Shown piece after piece: positions 12,985 to 27,432 of a stretch of DNA of 63,647 nucleotides. The DNA comes from Octopus bimaculoides (Eukaryota), in contig NC_068995.1 of assembly GCF_001194135.2 (NCBI RefSeq), positions 53,898,474-53,962,120 of the forward strand, in the 5' to 3' direction. The position numbers and the translations under genes were made by a program. Numbering within the stretch: position 1 is the stretch's first letter; each line of letters starts with the position of its first letter. Under the pieces are notes generated by a model. The model did not search any database and was not told the DNA's origin. It saw nothing but the letters and a program-made list of their open reading frames with translations.

Positions 12985-13146
12985 AACATGTCTATAACGA
13001 CACAACGAGCAAATGATTCTCCAAAAAGTGAACTTACTAAATTATTCAGTGAACTGGACATAAAGATTTCAGTCAGTACAGACCTCAAAATCATCACTTT
13101 CGTGTAACGTTCAGACATCGCAACAAAAATTATGAAATAATATAAG
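12985..13146 (+). pseudogene. Penelope-like reverse transcriptase remnant
   Basis: My translation is NMSITTQRANDSPKSELTKLFSELDIKISVSTDLKIITF, then a frameshift or stop and ...DIATK. It resembles the PLE RT segment after YxDD (K..I.KLF..LGL.ITV.TNLK.VNFLDVT.DL), by recalled motif only. Confidence 0.5.
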
Positions 13147-13366
13147 TGAAACGAGTGAATGTTATAACTATGCATATATATGCCTATACATACATACACA
13201 CATACATACATACCTACATACATACATACATACATAAAGATATACATACATACATACATATATACACACATACATACGTACATACATACATACATACATA
13301 CATATATGTATAGTATAACATACTTATTATTGTATATTATAATATGTATAATATAAAATTATATAC

Positions 13367-13370
<4 letters not shown>

Positions 13371-13430
<60 letters not shown>
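13371..13430. repeat. (AAT)n microsatellite
   Basis: Directly visible. Confidence 0.95.
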
Positions 13431-13587
13431 TCCAAAGCACTCATACACCAAAATCTAACTACCGCTGCTAAACTGTCTATAGCGCCACTCCTCCCTTATA
13501 TTCATTACTCACATAAACACAAACATGTATGTATGTATGTGTATATGTATGTGTGTGTGTATGTATGTATGTATGTATGTATGTATG

Positions 13588-13682
<95 letters not shown>

Positions 13683-14293
13683 CTGTCTGTTTGAATGTAG
13701 TATGATAAGATAAGTCACACGCTATCATTCGAAGAACCAACGTTTCCCGACAGAACTTCATGCATTTAAACTGTTTATCCGATCCCATTCACAATTAATA
13801 CCGAAACATCTTAGAATTCATTAATAATAAGACAGGAATACCTAATTTAAAACAGTGAATAAAGGAAATCAATTTATTGATACTCTCACAAGTATAAGCA
13901 TATTCTTGCCAAACTTAACAGCATACACACAGCAGATATTACATTCGTACAGAACCTTTTCTCTTACCTCTTAAAATATTTTTTTAATAACATGATTAAT
14001 TATACTCGAACAGTGACCTCATTTATAAACCAACCTTCTAACAACTTCCTATCTTTCTGGCGAAGTGAATGCATCAGAACACAATGAATTGTCTTATTTC
14101 TCTACCACCACCAAAATAACTCACTTTGAAAAACCCAATAAAGGAAATAAGAATACATTCTTTACGTTTTAAAAGCAACTGATGTCATTCATCAAACGCC
14201 TTCATGCCCTTTCATCGTATATAAAAATTCATACGTTTATTTCAACTGGGAACACATACACACCACCTCATTAAACTATTTGTAAGAATATAG

Positions 14294-14338
<45 letters not shown>

Positions 14339-14785
14339 GTACAATAGGCAATTAAAGTACATACCTTCAAACAGATCGTGTCGCTCTAACACAGGTACAG
14401 ATGCATTTACATTTTAACAGGGGCACTGAGAATCAGACAAGAAAATCATTGAAACAAAAATAGAGAGGAAAAGCACACTAAAAAACTAACGGTTAATGAG
14501 ATTTCATGTTTCACAAAATAAACAGATATTGTTACGCAGCAATGGGATATAGGTTTTCAATGGGGATCTGTGTCTGAAGTTGGGAAAACATGAAAATACC
14601 TCTTATGGTGGAACTGTCATAAGAGTTATAATATGAAGGACATGGAAAACGAAATTTTTTTCGGACAACGAAAGAAACATAGGGAAACGAGACAGGCAAC
14701 ATAAAGAACAATCCCTTCATCAGTTGTTTCCTGTTTTATCTACTCCGCGTTTCGAATATATATATATATATATATATTATATATA

Positions 14786-15076
14786 CCGCCTGACTGGCCT
14801 TTGTAGGGTTTTCGAGCGAGATCGTTGCCAGTGCTCCTGGACTGGCTCTTGTGTGGGTGGCACATAAAAGACACCATTTCGAGCGTGGCCGTTTTCGTGC
14901 GGGTAACACGTAAAAGCACCCACTACACTCTCTGAGTGGTTGGTGTTAGGAGGGGCATCCAGCTGTAGAAACTCTGCCAAATTAGATTGGAGCCTGGTGT
15001 TGCCATCCGGTTTCACCAGTCCTCAGTCAAATCGTCCAACCCATGCTAGCATGGAAGGCGGACGTCAAACGATGAT
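14786..15076 (+). mobile_element. SINE-like family E with LINE-type 3' tail
   Basis: Contains ggcatccagctgtagaaactctgccaaattagattggagcctggtg...aacccatgctagcatggaaggcggacgtcaaacgatgat and runs into a gap. Homologous to 27130-27432. Confidence 0.75.
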
Positions 15077-16901
15077 NNNNNNNNNNNNNNNNNNNNNNNN
15101 NNNNNNNNNNNNNNNNNNNNNNNNNNNNNNNNNNNNNNNNNNNNNNNNNNNNNNNNNNNNNNNNNNNNNNNNNNNNNNNNNNNNNNNNNNNNNNNNNNNN
15201 NNNNNNNNNNNNNNNNNNNNNNNNNNNNNNNNNNNNNNNNNNNNNNNNNNNNNNNNNNNNNNNNNNNNNNNNNNNNNNNNNNNNNNNNNNNNNNNNNNNN
15301 NNNNNNNNNNNNNNNNNNNNNNNNNNNNNNNNNNNNNNNNNNNNNNNNNNNNNNNNNNNNNNNNNNNNTATATATATATTTGTGTGTATACGCAGAGACA
15401 CAGGCATACAGACATAGCTGTAACCTGCAATTCCTTCTTAATTTCTGCGATTAACCCGTACTTGCTTCTTGTTCCTGAATACCGGATCCTTAGTCCCAAG
15501 ATATGAGAGTAATATCAATTTCCTACACGAAACAAAAATATAGAATCTTCATCGGTAACAGCATAAGTTTTTTCTTCTTTTCATTGGAACTTATAACACA
15601 GATTATAATGTAAGATGACATGTCTAAAGCAAAGATGTACATTTAATATTCTGCCGGAATAGAATGCAATTCAATCAATCTGACTTCAGATGCTAATGCT
15701 GTTTGAGCACGTTATCTCCAAGGAGAAAGTCTATGTCAACATATTGTTATGGTCTTTCAAACGACGATATATGTATCAATGATAATGATGAAGAAAAGGA
15801 AAGAGAGAGGGAGAGAGAGAGAGAGAGAGAGAAGGAGAGAAGGAGAGAAGGGAAAGAAGGACTGAGAGAAATAATGAAAAAAGACGAGGTAATATAACAA
15901 AGATTCTGAACGGATTTAAATTTCCTATATATATATATACAATTACTCGTACATATACACTCATACGAATACGTATACATACATACGTACATATATATAN
16001 NNNNNNNNNNNNNNNNNNNNNNNNNNNNNNNNNNNNNNNNNNNNNNNNNNNNNNNNNNNNNNNNNNNNNNNNNNNNNNNNNNNNNNNNNNNNNNNNNNNN
16101 NNNNNNNNNNNNNNNNNNNNNNNNNNNATATATATTTATATATATCGAAAGATAGATAGATAAATATATACAAATGGACATATATATTATATGTATATAT
16201 ATACGTATGCATATATGTGTGTGTATTTCTACCACTTCATTTATATATGTATTTACATTTTTGTATAGTATGTATTATATATATATATATATATATGAGT
16301 ACACACACATATACATTTGTATACTTATACGCATACTTTAATACTCATATGAAGGAATAAGTGTGAGTATTGCTAATATTCGCTGGTGTTTATTAAGGTT
16401 CAGAGTCCAGAAATATTGACTTAAGCCTACTGCAATAAATGGGTATTATATTAACTACAGTATTTTGCTTCATTTCTTTCCTCCTAGTGGAAACATTTTG
16501 TTTCTTCTGATTATGTATGACCCTCAGTGTTCCTTTGTGCTACGGGTACACTAGCAGCAGCAACACCACCACCACCCTCAACAACAACAACAAAAACAGC
16601 AACGACAACACCGTTTGGTAGCTCCTCTTCACGTTGCCAACTTTAAATTCTTCAACTGCAAATCTTACATTGTAAGAATTTCGGTAGATTTTCTTCAACA
16701 ATCTACATTTCTTCCTTTAATATTTTTGCTTTCAATTTCTTCCTCTTACTTTAACTTTCATACATCGCTTTGGCTAAGCATATATTTGTTTTGGTTTATT
16801 TTTCTGCGCAACCTTATTTCATATTCGTTGCATCTTTACAACTTCAGGTCTAATTCACAGCGACTTGATATTTGCAATTCTTTCCCTTACACTCACCATA
16901 C

Positions 16902-16955
<54 letters not shown>

Positions 16956-18278
16956 CTTTAACTCTCTGTTTCTTTATTTCACTTAACACTTTCTTCTCCG
17001 CTTTGTCTTCTTTCCCGATTTCTTACTCTCTCTCACGTATATCTTTCTATGCTCACCTTCAATTACAGCATCCCTAAATAGCTATTTACCAACCTCTTTC
17101 CCTTCCCTTACTTCCTCACATCAATCCAATCCTGTTCACCGAAATAGACATTTGCATACACCAAGCTTCTCACTGACGCTCAATAAATACCACACCACCC
17201 GAGGCTAATCTCGCATACCTGAGTAACATTACAATTCACTTGGTTCTCTTCAATTTCCTTCTCTTTCTATTCACAAACATTCGCAGATTTGACCTCTGTA
17301 CCAAGTTTCGATGTATTAACTTCTTACATTAAATCATCAATGAAGCAATAACTGAAAGTTTATATTTCTATATTTTTCATTTATGGATTTTCTCTCTTAT
17401 GTTCTTTCACTAAGTTCATGTCAATTTATTCCTACCTCAAAGATATCATACATAACAACTTTCAAATGTTTTGATCTCAATATATAATACTATACTTCGT
17501 AAATATATTTATCTAAAAGTTTCGTGAAAAACATAAATGTCCTTGAGAATTTCAATTAGTGAGAATTGAATTGATTTTCCTTGAAATGTTATTTCAAAAT
17601 CTAAATGACCAGTGAAAGATATGTTTTCTAATATATTATTTACCTAAACTTCACATATACCAAACCTTAACGGTGTCATTTCGCACGAATAATACACACC
17701 TCAGATTGTAGCCTTCCTTACGAAAAATCCAATCATACACTGTCGTCATATGATTTGATTGAGAAATCTAAAATGATTGATCAATATTTTTATGTTGTCA
17801 ATTTCCAGAAAATTGCCGTTTTTCCAATATCTTATTCACTGCAGCAACAAAAGAAAAAAAATCTGTGAGATTATCATTGCAGAAACCCTTCATCTTTGTG
17901 TGCGTGTGTTTTATATCATATTTTGAATTTATGAATAAGAGATATATCAATTTAAGGGAATTGTTTGTCACCAACTAGGTAAATAGAGATTTGATATTAC
18001 TATCAACTTTACCTGAGGAGATAAATGCACTTCTATCACTGATATATATTTAGCACGATCATGCGTCTCATAAAACATGCAAGGAGAACGTGTTCCGGAA
18101 TGTATGTATGTATGTATGTATGTGTGTATGTATGTATGTATGTATGTATGTGTGTGTGTGTATGTATGTATGTTCATATGTATGCATATGAAGTAACTTA
18201 TGTACGAAAGAAAAGAAGATAGAAACATGGAAAGATATAATTGCAGAAAAATTCTCCCACATATATGTATGTGTGTGC

Positions 18279-18364
<86 letters not shown>

Positions 18365-18404
18365 AAATATCTATCTAGCTATCTATCTATCTATCTAGTT
18401 TCAT

Positions 18405-18438
<34 letters not shown>

Positions 18439-18844
18439 ATGTGTGTTTGTGTGTATGTATGTATGTATGTATATATGTATGTATGTATGTATGTATGCAT
18501 GCGTGTATGTATGCATATATAGTGAAGCATACATATATGCGTTCACATGTGTGCGTATATTTATTAGAGTCCGTGCGTCTGTGAGTGGATCTGTGTTTCT
18601 CTATTAAATGCATTGTGTACGCAAGCGAAACGTATATCAAACATTATACTATTATATGAATCTCAGTACGTACGGTCACATATATATGTGTACATACACA
18701 TACAAACGCCTCAGAGACAGCACATCCGCACACACATACACACACACACACACAAACACATATCAATGTATAAATGTGTATGTGTCAATGTGTGAATGTT
18801 TGAGTGTGTGTGTGTGTGGGTGTGTGTGTGCACGTTTTATATAT

Positions 18845-19275
18845 ATGGTTCTATATAGCGGCGCCCCGTTCTGCCGTGTGTGTAACTTTCAAACTTTGCT
18901 ACAAGTCAATCCAGGATCATCTACATGTACATCACTGCATATCTTTCCCGCCTTTGTTTTAGGGAGTAGAAACCTAATTTTTTTCCGCCTTGCCCACGTT
19001 ACATTTAGACGATTTTCTTTGTGTAGCTTCACTGGATTGCTTGGAGTTCCGCCATTAATATTATACTATGTGGTGACCATAGTTAGGCCCAGTGCTCTAA
19101 GTGACTGAGGTCATATGTCCTCCAGAGGAGCATCATGGTTTTTCTGTTGTCTCGTCCTGAAAGTTTTAAGAATCCATCTAGCTAGCCGGTGGTATTTACT
19201 TGCAAATTATTAATATACACCCGGAAAGATGCGTAATTACTTATGTCAATGCAAAAGTCAGGCACATCTATGATT
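18845..19275 (-). pseudogene. CR1/L2-group LINE ORF2 C-terminal remnant
   Basis: With stops and frameshifts it reads WILKTFRTR..MMLLWRTYDLSHLEHWA*LWSPHSIILMAELQAIQ*SYTKKI...KKLGFYSLKQRRERYAVMYM*MILD...SYTHGRTGR. This follows the CR1-type post-RT consensus (LEY..QLWSP; LE.IQR.FT; L.LYSL.RRRERY). Confidence 0.85.
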
Positions 19276-19355
19276 AAACACACACACACACACGCACACA
19301 CACACACACACACTCGAACACCGTTATACATATGTATACACATATATGTATGTAA

Positions 19356-19394
<39 letters not shown>

Positions 19395-20339
19395 CATGTG
19401 CACACATACATACATGCGTACATGCATTATATATGTGTACATACGCATACGTATATACATACATATATATANNNNNNNNNNNNNNNNNNNNNNNNNNNNN
19501 NNNNNNNNNNNNNNNNNNTATATATATATGTACGCACACATATATACATGCATCATATATGTATACACACATACGCATGTATATATATATATATATATAT
19601 ATAAATTATAAATTATATATATATATATAATTATCAGCAAAATCGCACTTGCCACGGCGTTGAGATATTTGAAAACCGATAGTAGTTAATTTCCGTGGTT
19701 TGACTGTAGCTCAATAAATACGTTTCTGTGAATCGCTGGTGAAATGAGAAATAAAATAAGCACAAAATAAAAACGATGCATTGCTGTTAGCGGGTTTCAA
19801 ACTGTTAACGTTTGCGCAGCTCATACAATGTCAAAAACTAAAATACATGGAGATCCCATCGATCTGATTTAGTTACTAAGGCATCCATTAGATTAGATGC
19901 ATGTTATTTATTTGCGGAAGTCCTTGAATTTAATTAATATTCCTCTGCAACAAAGTTACCCTCCACGTTTAGAATTAGTAGATTTTTGCTTATTTTGTTT
20001 GTAAATTATTGGTTTTGTTTTCTAAAATCTAAACTTGAGTAATTGCTATTTTTCTAAATTTCATGTTTAAAAGTAGTTGAATCAAGTAAATTTAACAATA
20101 GGGAACTTGTTCAATGTTCTTGAAACTTTGATGGCCAGAAATCGAAATGAAATCGAATAATGTGACTGGATTTATAGTTGAATGAGTGAAAACAGTGAAA
20201 TATCGACTTAAATATGCATTCTGCTATAGGCACAAGGCCTGGTGGTCGGGGGGCAGGGTTAGTCGATTTTATGACATCCCAGAACCCAAATCGATTTGGA
20301 CCAAACACAATTATTTCTCTTCCTATCCCTCCTTCTCCT

Positions 20340-20414
20340 CCTCTCCTTCCCGTCCTCTCCTTCCCGTCCTCTCCTCCCCGTCCTCTCCTTCCCGTCCTCT
20401 CCTTCCCGTCCTCC
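20340..20414. repeat. 14-bp minisatellite (CCTCTCCTTCCCGT) x5.4
   Basis: Units start at 20340, 20354, 20368, 20382 and 20396. It is followed by (TAC)21 at 20421-20483. Confidence 0.95.
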
Positions 20415-20419
20415 TTTTT

Positions 20420-20485
<66 letters not shown>

Positions 20486-23170
20486 ATGTTGCAACTTCAG
20501 CTTCTTAGCATCAAGCGAACCCTGAGACAACAGGTTAATTTCGAAGGCATTTTAGCCATTGCTCTGTCGTTTTTTTCTGGTATGGCATATCTAAGATTTA
20601 ATTATGTACCCTTGTGTAGCCCATCAAATAGGCAAAAAAAGGACTATCTCGTTAATTAGGGGTCTCTTTTAAAGAAAGGTGACTGCCACCAATGCAGAGC
20701 AGACAACTCATTTCTTTGCGGGTTTTGATTGAGCACATGTGAAATGTCACAGGTTTGAGTAATAAGTTGATTGATTGCAAAGGTGTGTGAATTGATATGA
20801 AACAAGAGTACATTACATATACATGTTACAGAAACAATAGATGTTAGTTAGATCTCTTGTTATATTTCGAAGGTACTCAGAAGGAAACTAATTAAATGTG
20901 TTAGCTTTAATCAGAAATGTCAACTATTTTTCTGTGTCCGTATAATATATGAAACACCATTTCATTTCGATACAAGAAATAGAGAATCAAGAAATTGTAT
21001 ATTAATTGAAGTTTATTTTTTGTAGAAATGTGAAGCAAAGATCACACTCTCTCCCCACTGCATTCTATATTTAATGTATAATTAATTTAAATTCCGGGTT
21101 CTGCTCTCCGTCTTTCTTGAAAGAATCACACAATAAGATAATTATTATTTCTCATCAACATGGGTATACTGTCAACTAATTTAAATTTCTTGATAATTAA
21201 TTGAAGATGTCGTTTATGTTCGTAATTAATTAAAATTTATACTATGTGATACTTTTCCGATGCAGCAGACGTCCCAGGGTAAGTTTCAAGTCATTCGTTT
21301 AAATTGTAAGGCCATTAGGTACGAATAAGATAAAACATTCAGGCCTTTAATCGATAGTTCCTCTCATATTATTAGTTACTCTTTCTACCTTCTTTCTTTT
21401 CTCTCTTCCACCCACTGCCTCTTTGTTATCTTTTACTCCGTTATTATTTCTATATAATTTCATATAGCTGTACTCCTTGTAACATCTCTGATAACAGATA
21501 GTTCGTAGTTCATCACGAGAGAAATTCATCAAAAGGAAATGGTATTGAATAAAACACTTCGACACAACAAAACACTTGACGTATCTAGGTTGATGGATTT
21601 CGTTTGTCCAGAAAAGTAATCTATAGTTAATATAAACATTAAGTTAGCTTTTCACCCTACTTCAAGGAAGAGTAAATTGGGTTACAATTCCATCAATAAG
21701 CACATTATAAAGAAACCCAATTTTCCAAATATGGCTCACAGACCTGTTGCCGTCTCTCTTTCTTATTGTCTCTCGTCTGAATATCGCTGTGCAGTCATCA
21801 AGTTGAAACTATTTACCAGACAAGTTAACAACATCCTTCTGACAGACCCCGGAAGTCACTAGAAATCTATGAGGAGAGCCCTATCCTCCAAACCGAACCG
21901 ATAAAGAAAGAGAAATTTTTAACCACTTGGCTGCTTTATTTAGTAATCAATAAGCAGAGTAAATAAATGAGATTTAAATTAGATATCAAGGCTGGTATGA
22001 AATTACATACAGTGATCAGAGATTCTAGATTGAAAGAAGTTACTCAACTTATACACCATTATTCCTTCTGATCGCTCCCGTAAACATCATTTACATATTT
22101 GCATATACTTTCCATTACACTCTGAGTTGTTTGGGATATTTCTGACTGTGAGGGATCCGTCGTTAGTTCTTCCAATATAATCAAATATGTGAGAGAATAT
22201 ATAACACAAAAATGCTCGTCACACATTTATTGCTGCTCTTTATATTTGATGATGTTGATACTATTGTTTAGGCCAGACAGTCCTGCACAAGGAAATCTAA
22301 AATCAAAGACGTTCTAACCAGGAGTATCACGTCTGATTCATTATCAAGGAATATATTGTCTGATTTTTGTCTTTCCTTTTAGAGGTTAGTGTATGATCTG
22401 AATGAGATTTAGTTGGGTTTTGTAGCAGACTGCACAACATTGACCGGAATCAAGGATCTTGTTTTTGTTATCGTTGTTGTCGTTAATCCATCTTTGTGCT
22501 TTGTGCTACTTGTAATGAATAGGTCCTGACTTCAGTCCTGTGTGTCAATAAAACACTCATTAATTAAACAAAAGCTCGCTGCAATATATTTTAGCCTTCA
22601 GAAAGCGGATTAAATTGTTTAAAAATTCTGTATTTTTTATTACCATTTCTGATAACGAGCGATGTCACAAAGATCGTCTGACATGGCAGCTGTTTTTACG
22701 CTTATAATGCTGAGTAACAACGTACTGCCATTCATAGTGAACTGAGCGGTTCATAATGAAGCTTCTTTCCTTGAATGTATAACGAAAATTCCATTATTTG
22801 TTCTGAATTATTGCACTCATAATTCAAATCCCACTAAAGACCCATTCCAAAGTGGTAGATAATCAGAATTGTTAGTTCGTTGAGCAAAATGACTCACAAT
22901 ATCTTTATCATGTTTTTATCAACGGTTTGTCTCGTTCTGAATTCTCTGGTAACAAACAGTTATCCTTCCCATTTAATAACAGCACCTGTTCTTTAATTTG
23001 TTTTAGCAAGCATTTTATTGCAAGTATTCAATCCAGGAATGCTGTTTTAGGTTTATTTCTTCTCTTACTTCTACACGTCTCAGCAGTTTCCAAATGAAAG
23101 ACGTTCTTTTATTTTGCTTTTCGCAATGTAGTACGATCGCAAGCACGCACTGTTAAAGGAACTCATATTC

Positions 23171-23383
23171 TTTTCTACACTAGGCACATGGCCCGAAATT
23201 TTGGGGGAGGGAGCCAGTCGACAAGATCGACCTCAGTACACAACTGGCACTTAACTTTCCGACCCCGATAGTATGAAAGGCAAAGTCGATCTTAGCGAAT
23301 TTTGAACTCAGAACGTAAAGACAGACGAAATACCGCTAAGTATTTCGCCCACTGTCCTAACATTTCTGCCAACCCGCCGCCCG
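23171..23383 (-). mobile_element. Family A SINE, alternative 3' tail subfamily
   Basis: Reads ggcacatggcccgaaattttgggggaggg...ccgaccccgatagtatgaaaggcaaagtcg...gaactcagaacgtaaagacagacgaaataccgctaag...ccgccgccc. Confidence 0.85.
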
Positions 23384-24163
23384 AATGTAGTAGTTATGGT
23401 GTATAAAAAAAAAGTGAAGAATAATCAAGGAGATTTTAGTGACGAGAAGGATGACAAATCAAACGTCTGTGTTCTTGACATGAAGCAGAAAGTGACGGAA
23501 AGAAAAATATTGGCAATTTGGTGGCAGGCTATCATGAAAATAAAAAGCAAATCGCAATTCTCTACATATATAAACGGTAGAAATTCGCATAAATTTTAAA
23601 CTGTAAATTAAATGGTATTGTAATGTGTAATCTAGTGCTGTTGGAAGCATACGAAACAACATGTTTCGAGTGAAGTCTTACACCCCATCGTATTCATACG
23701 TCGAGATAAAAGAGTCAATGTTTGGCAAGCAATTGATATTTCGAAAGAAATCAAATAAGAATGTAATTAGTTAATTTAATCTTTCTTTTCTTTGAGATGA
23801 GATATAATTAATAAATGACAGTTACAATACAAAAGGTGAGAAAAAAGATCGAATAAAAAAGACAGGGTTTGACAGACAAACAAACAGATGAGGGATATTA
23901 GTGAAGAAAAAATATTCACCCAAACAATAGAATCTCAAGTAAAAAAAATAATAATCTAATATCAATATAATTTGCAAAGCGATAAATAACAGAGAATGCG
24001 TATATATATATATTAGATACATTTCTATATTTCTATATAATTCGTTNNNNNNNNNNNNNNNNNNNNNNNNNNNNNNNNNNNNNNNNNNNNNNNNNNNNNN
24101 NNNNNNNNNNNNNNNNNNNNNNNNNNNNNNNNNNNNNNNNNNNNNNNNNNNNNNNNNNNNNNN

Positions 24164-24208
<45 letters not shown>

Positions 24209-24503
24209 CGCATATAGTGCATTGTTCCAAATTACACAATGAGTTATACAGAGCATTGAACTGAAAACTAAAGGGAGAAGGAAAAAATTGTATACAAATA
24301 AGTAATTCAAATGGGTTGGGATACAATAGACTATTGACTGATTACAACAATTTTTTTTCTAATATCTTTAGTAAAGCTACTGAAGAAAATATAAATGTTA
24401 TAAAGAAACAAAATAAAATATAATAAAATAATAGAATTATTAACAACTAAACGCTAGAGAGTGAGACACACGGAAACTTCAGGTAATGCAGGATGAGAGA
24501 AAA

Positions 24504-24572
<69 letters not shown>

Positions 24573-25029
24573 GTCATCTCCATTTCCCATGTCTTTGCGC
24601 GTGCTCGTACGAGTGGGTGTTTCTGTGTTTGTGGTGACGCAGCGTTTTCAACAGGAAATTCAATTGTTCGAACAAATGAATTACTTGCTTTTGATTTTAC
24701 GCCTATATAAGTGGTTAGGCAGATCATGTCCCAGTCTCATATATTTGTTTAATATAATTTTCTGGAAAAAAATACATGAATGTGTGTAAAGGCTGTAAAC
24801 TTGAAAAGCAGAAACACAGTGAGGAACGCATGCGTCACCTTCCGGTGCTGTCTTCAATTGGTAATCAAATGAGGGTGGCTTCTTTGTGTACACCGTTATC
24901 TACTTGTGATAATCTTTTTTGTTTTTTTAAATTAAAAAAAAAATAGCCCACACGTCCTGCAATATTCCGTAAGTACAACTGAATATTTGAATTTCAATAT
25001 CCACAAAAGCGATGATCACTTTTACATTT

Positions 25030-25495
25030 TATGCATAGTGCTGGTCTACATTATTTTTAGGCTCGTATGCATTGCCAGCAGATTCCTAGTTCTTTTATCC
25101 GATTCCTGTAGCACCAAGTTTGTCGATTTAGAAATGGAGTAAAATCGCTCAACACTGGCATAGCTTACGTGCTGATGGTCTTCATGACCTTAGTATATTT
25201 CTCTTCTACTCTGTGGATACTTTCTCATTTCCTTTCCTTTGTCTTAATATCCTTCAACACTGCTAGATTCTTGCATCCTTCATCATCTCTGTGATCTGAT
25301 GGTAACTTTCACGACCTCTGCTTCTTATTTTACCATTTCTCACATTAGACATTTGACCTCTCTTCATAATTAATACTTTACACTTATTCACCCCAAACTG
25401 TATAGCAATAATGTTGCTAAACAATTTTGATATCATGAGAAGTGAATCCAGCACTTCTTCATTGATGTACAGTTTATAGCAATCCGTATAAAATG
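25030..25495 (-). pseudogene. RLE-type (R4/Dong-like) LINE reverse transcriptase remnant
   Basis: FYTDCYKLYINEEVLDSLLMISKLFSNIIAIQFGVNKCKVLIMKRG resembles LYMDDLKLY...ELDSL...FS.DIGM.FG..KC..L.MKRG. Downstream, KTIST*AMPVL and DKRTRNLLAMH..NVD resemble AINT.AVPVL and D.KTRKLLTMH...DVDRLY. Confidence 0.75.
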
Positions 25496-27129
25496 ATATA
25501 TTATTTAAATCCGAGTTTTAGTAAGAACATAAACAGTTAAAGATTTTCTCAGTCTGTTTCTAAAATAGAAAATAGACGCTTCTGGAGAAAGTAGTAGACA
25601 GAGGGAGTATTTCTAAAGGATCTCTCTTTGCATTTGTTTAGTTCCTAAGGATTATCTTTCGCATTTCGTTTCTACTAAACCCCCAAAAAACTGTTACTCA
25701 TCTCATTTTCTAATTAACTCCAGCTGTTCTCACACACGGCAAAAACCGACGGGTTGGTATATTATCGTATGGTTTCTTGTACTCTATACAACCAACAGCT
25801 GAGACCTTTTGGACTTAACTTATGTTCATGTTATTGATATATTGCAGACTTGCAGTTCCCCGTGACAACACAATATATGCATGCATATATATATATATAT
25901 ANNNNNNNNNNNNNNNNNNNNNNNNNNNNNNNNNNNNNNNNNNNNNNNNNNNNNNNNNNNNNNNNNNNNNNNNNNNNNNNNNNNNNNNNNNNNNNNNNNN
26001 NNNNNNNNNNNNNNNNNNNNNNNNNNNNNNNNNNNNNNNNNNNNNNNNNNNNNNNNNNNNNNNNNNNNNNNNNNNNNNNNNNNNNNNNNNNNNNNNNNNN
26101 NNNNNNNNNNNNNNNNNNNNNNNNNNNNNNNNNNNNNNNNNNNNNNNNNNNNNNNNTATATATATATATATATATATATATATGCATGAGTATATGTGGT
26201 TTAAGCTCCAAATCTGAAGATCATCAATTGATCTATTAGTGCATGTGTGAGTATTGCTCTCTCTCTCTCTCTCTCACACACACACATGCACTCAAATACA
26301 CATATTTTGGCGTTGGTTGTCTCCCTTCTCTGCGTGATTATGCACACACATGTATATTGTAGAACAGTGTTGATGATGATGCTAAAATCATTATTAAGCA
26401 AATACAAATAAAACGTACGTTAATGAAAAAAAAAACTTACTTCACGAAATTTTCTCTTTAAAAGAACTGGGATGGTCTGAGGTGGAGATTATAGGTGAAA
26501 GTTCAAGGTAATTACTGAAAAATATTTCACTATTGTATAATGAGTCTTTCTCGTTGGTTACTATGGAAATTCGTTGTTAATATGAAGAACAAACGAAACG
26601 ATGGTCACACCCGTATGATAATCGTTTTTCATTATACATTTTTGATAGCCTCTCAAATTAGCCTTGCTTTATTTATTGAAATTCAGTACTAAAGATGAAA
26701 TATATTGTAATATATCTACGTGTAATACTATTTACTGATTTTCTATCTCTCTTCACATACATTATACACACATACATAAACACATATCTTGTATACATTA
26801 TCTGTAGTGTTCTTATTAAATATCATCAGCGGTACTTATTACGATGTTTCTGTAATTACAGACCTCGATGTTAATCCTATTTAACATTATATTTAAGCAA
26901 TGCTACAAAGAATAAATATCCAGGGGTATTAATTAGCATTAACACGCCATTAATATGTTTACTGCCATGCTTTCATTTAAGATATGCCAAATGCGTGAAA
27001 CTATTAGAAGAATGTAAAAAAAAAATTAAAAACGCCATTACCTCTGATGCCTGAAAAATACGCGAAAGAAAACTGTTGAACACTGTTATTTACTTTTGAG
27101 GTAAAAAAAACGTGCAGGTATTTTATTTC

Positions 27130-27432
27130 CAGCGTGGCCTTACTGGCACCTGTGCCGGTGGCACGTGAAAACAACATTTGAGCCTGGTCGTTGCCAGTGC
27201 TGCCGACTGACTCCTGTGAAAGTGGTACGTAAAAAACACCATTTGAACGTGGTCGTTGCCAGTACTGCCTGACTGGCTCTCATGCCGGAGACACGTAAAA
27301 GCATCCACTGCACTCTCGGAGTGGTTGGCTTTAGGAAGGACATCCAGCTGTAAAAACTTTGCCAGATCAGATTGGAGCTGGTGCAGCCTTCTGTCTCGCC
27401 AGTCCTCAATCAAACCGTTCAACCCACATTGG
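27130..27432 (+). mobile_element. SINE-like family E with internal about 65-bp tandem units
   Basis: tggtcgttgccagt recurs at 27185 and 27250. The tail is aggacatccagctgtaaaaactttgccagatcagattggagc...caaaccgttcaaccca. Confidence 0.75.

Noticed and set aside
14665-14725. Minus-strand CTGATGAAGGGA...TCCC; also minus-strand CTGATGA near 34050
   Set aside because: Neither has GAAA after a stem II.
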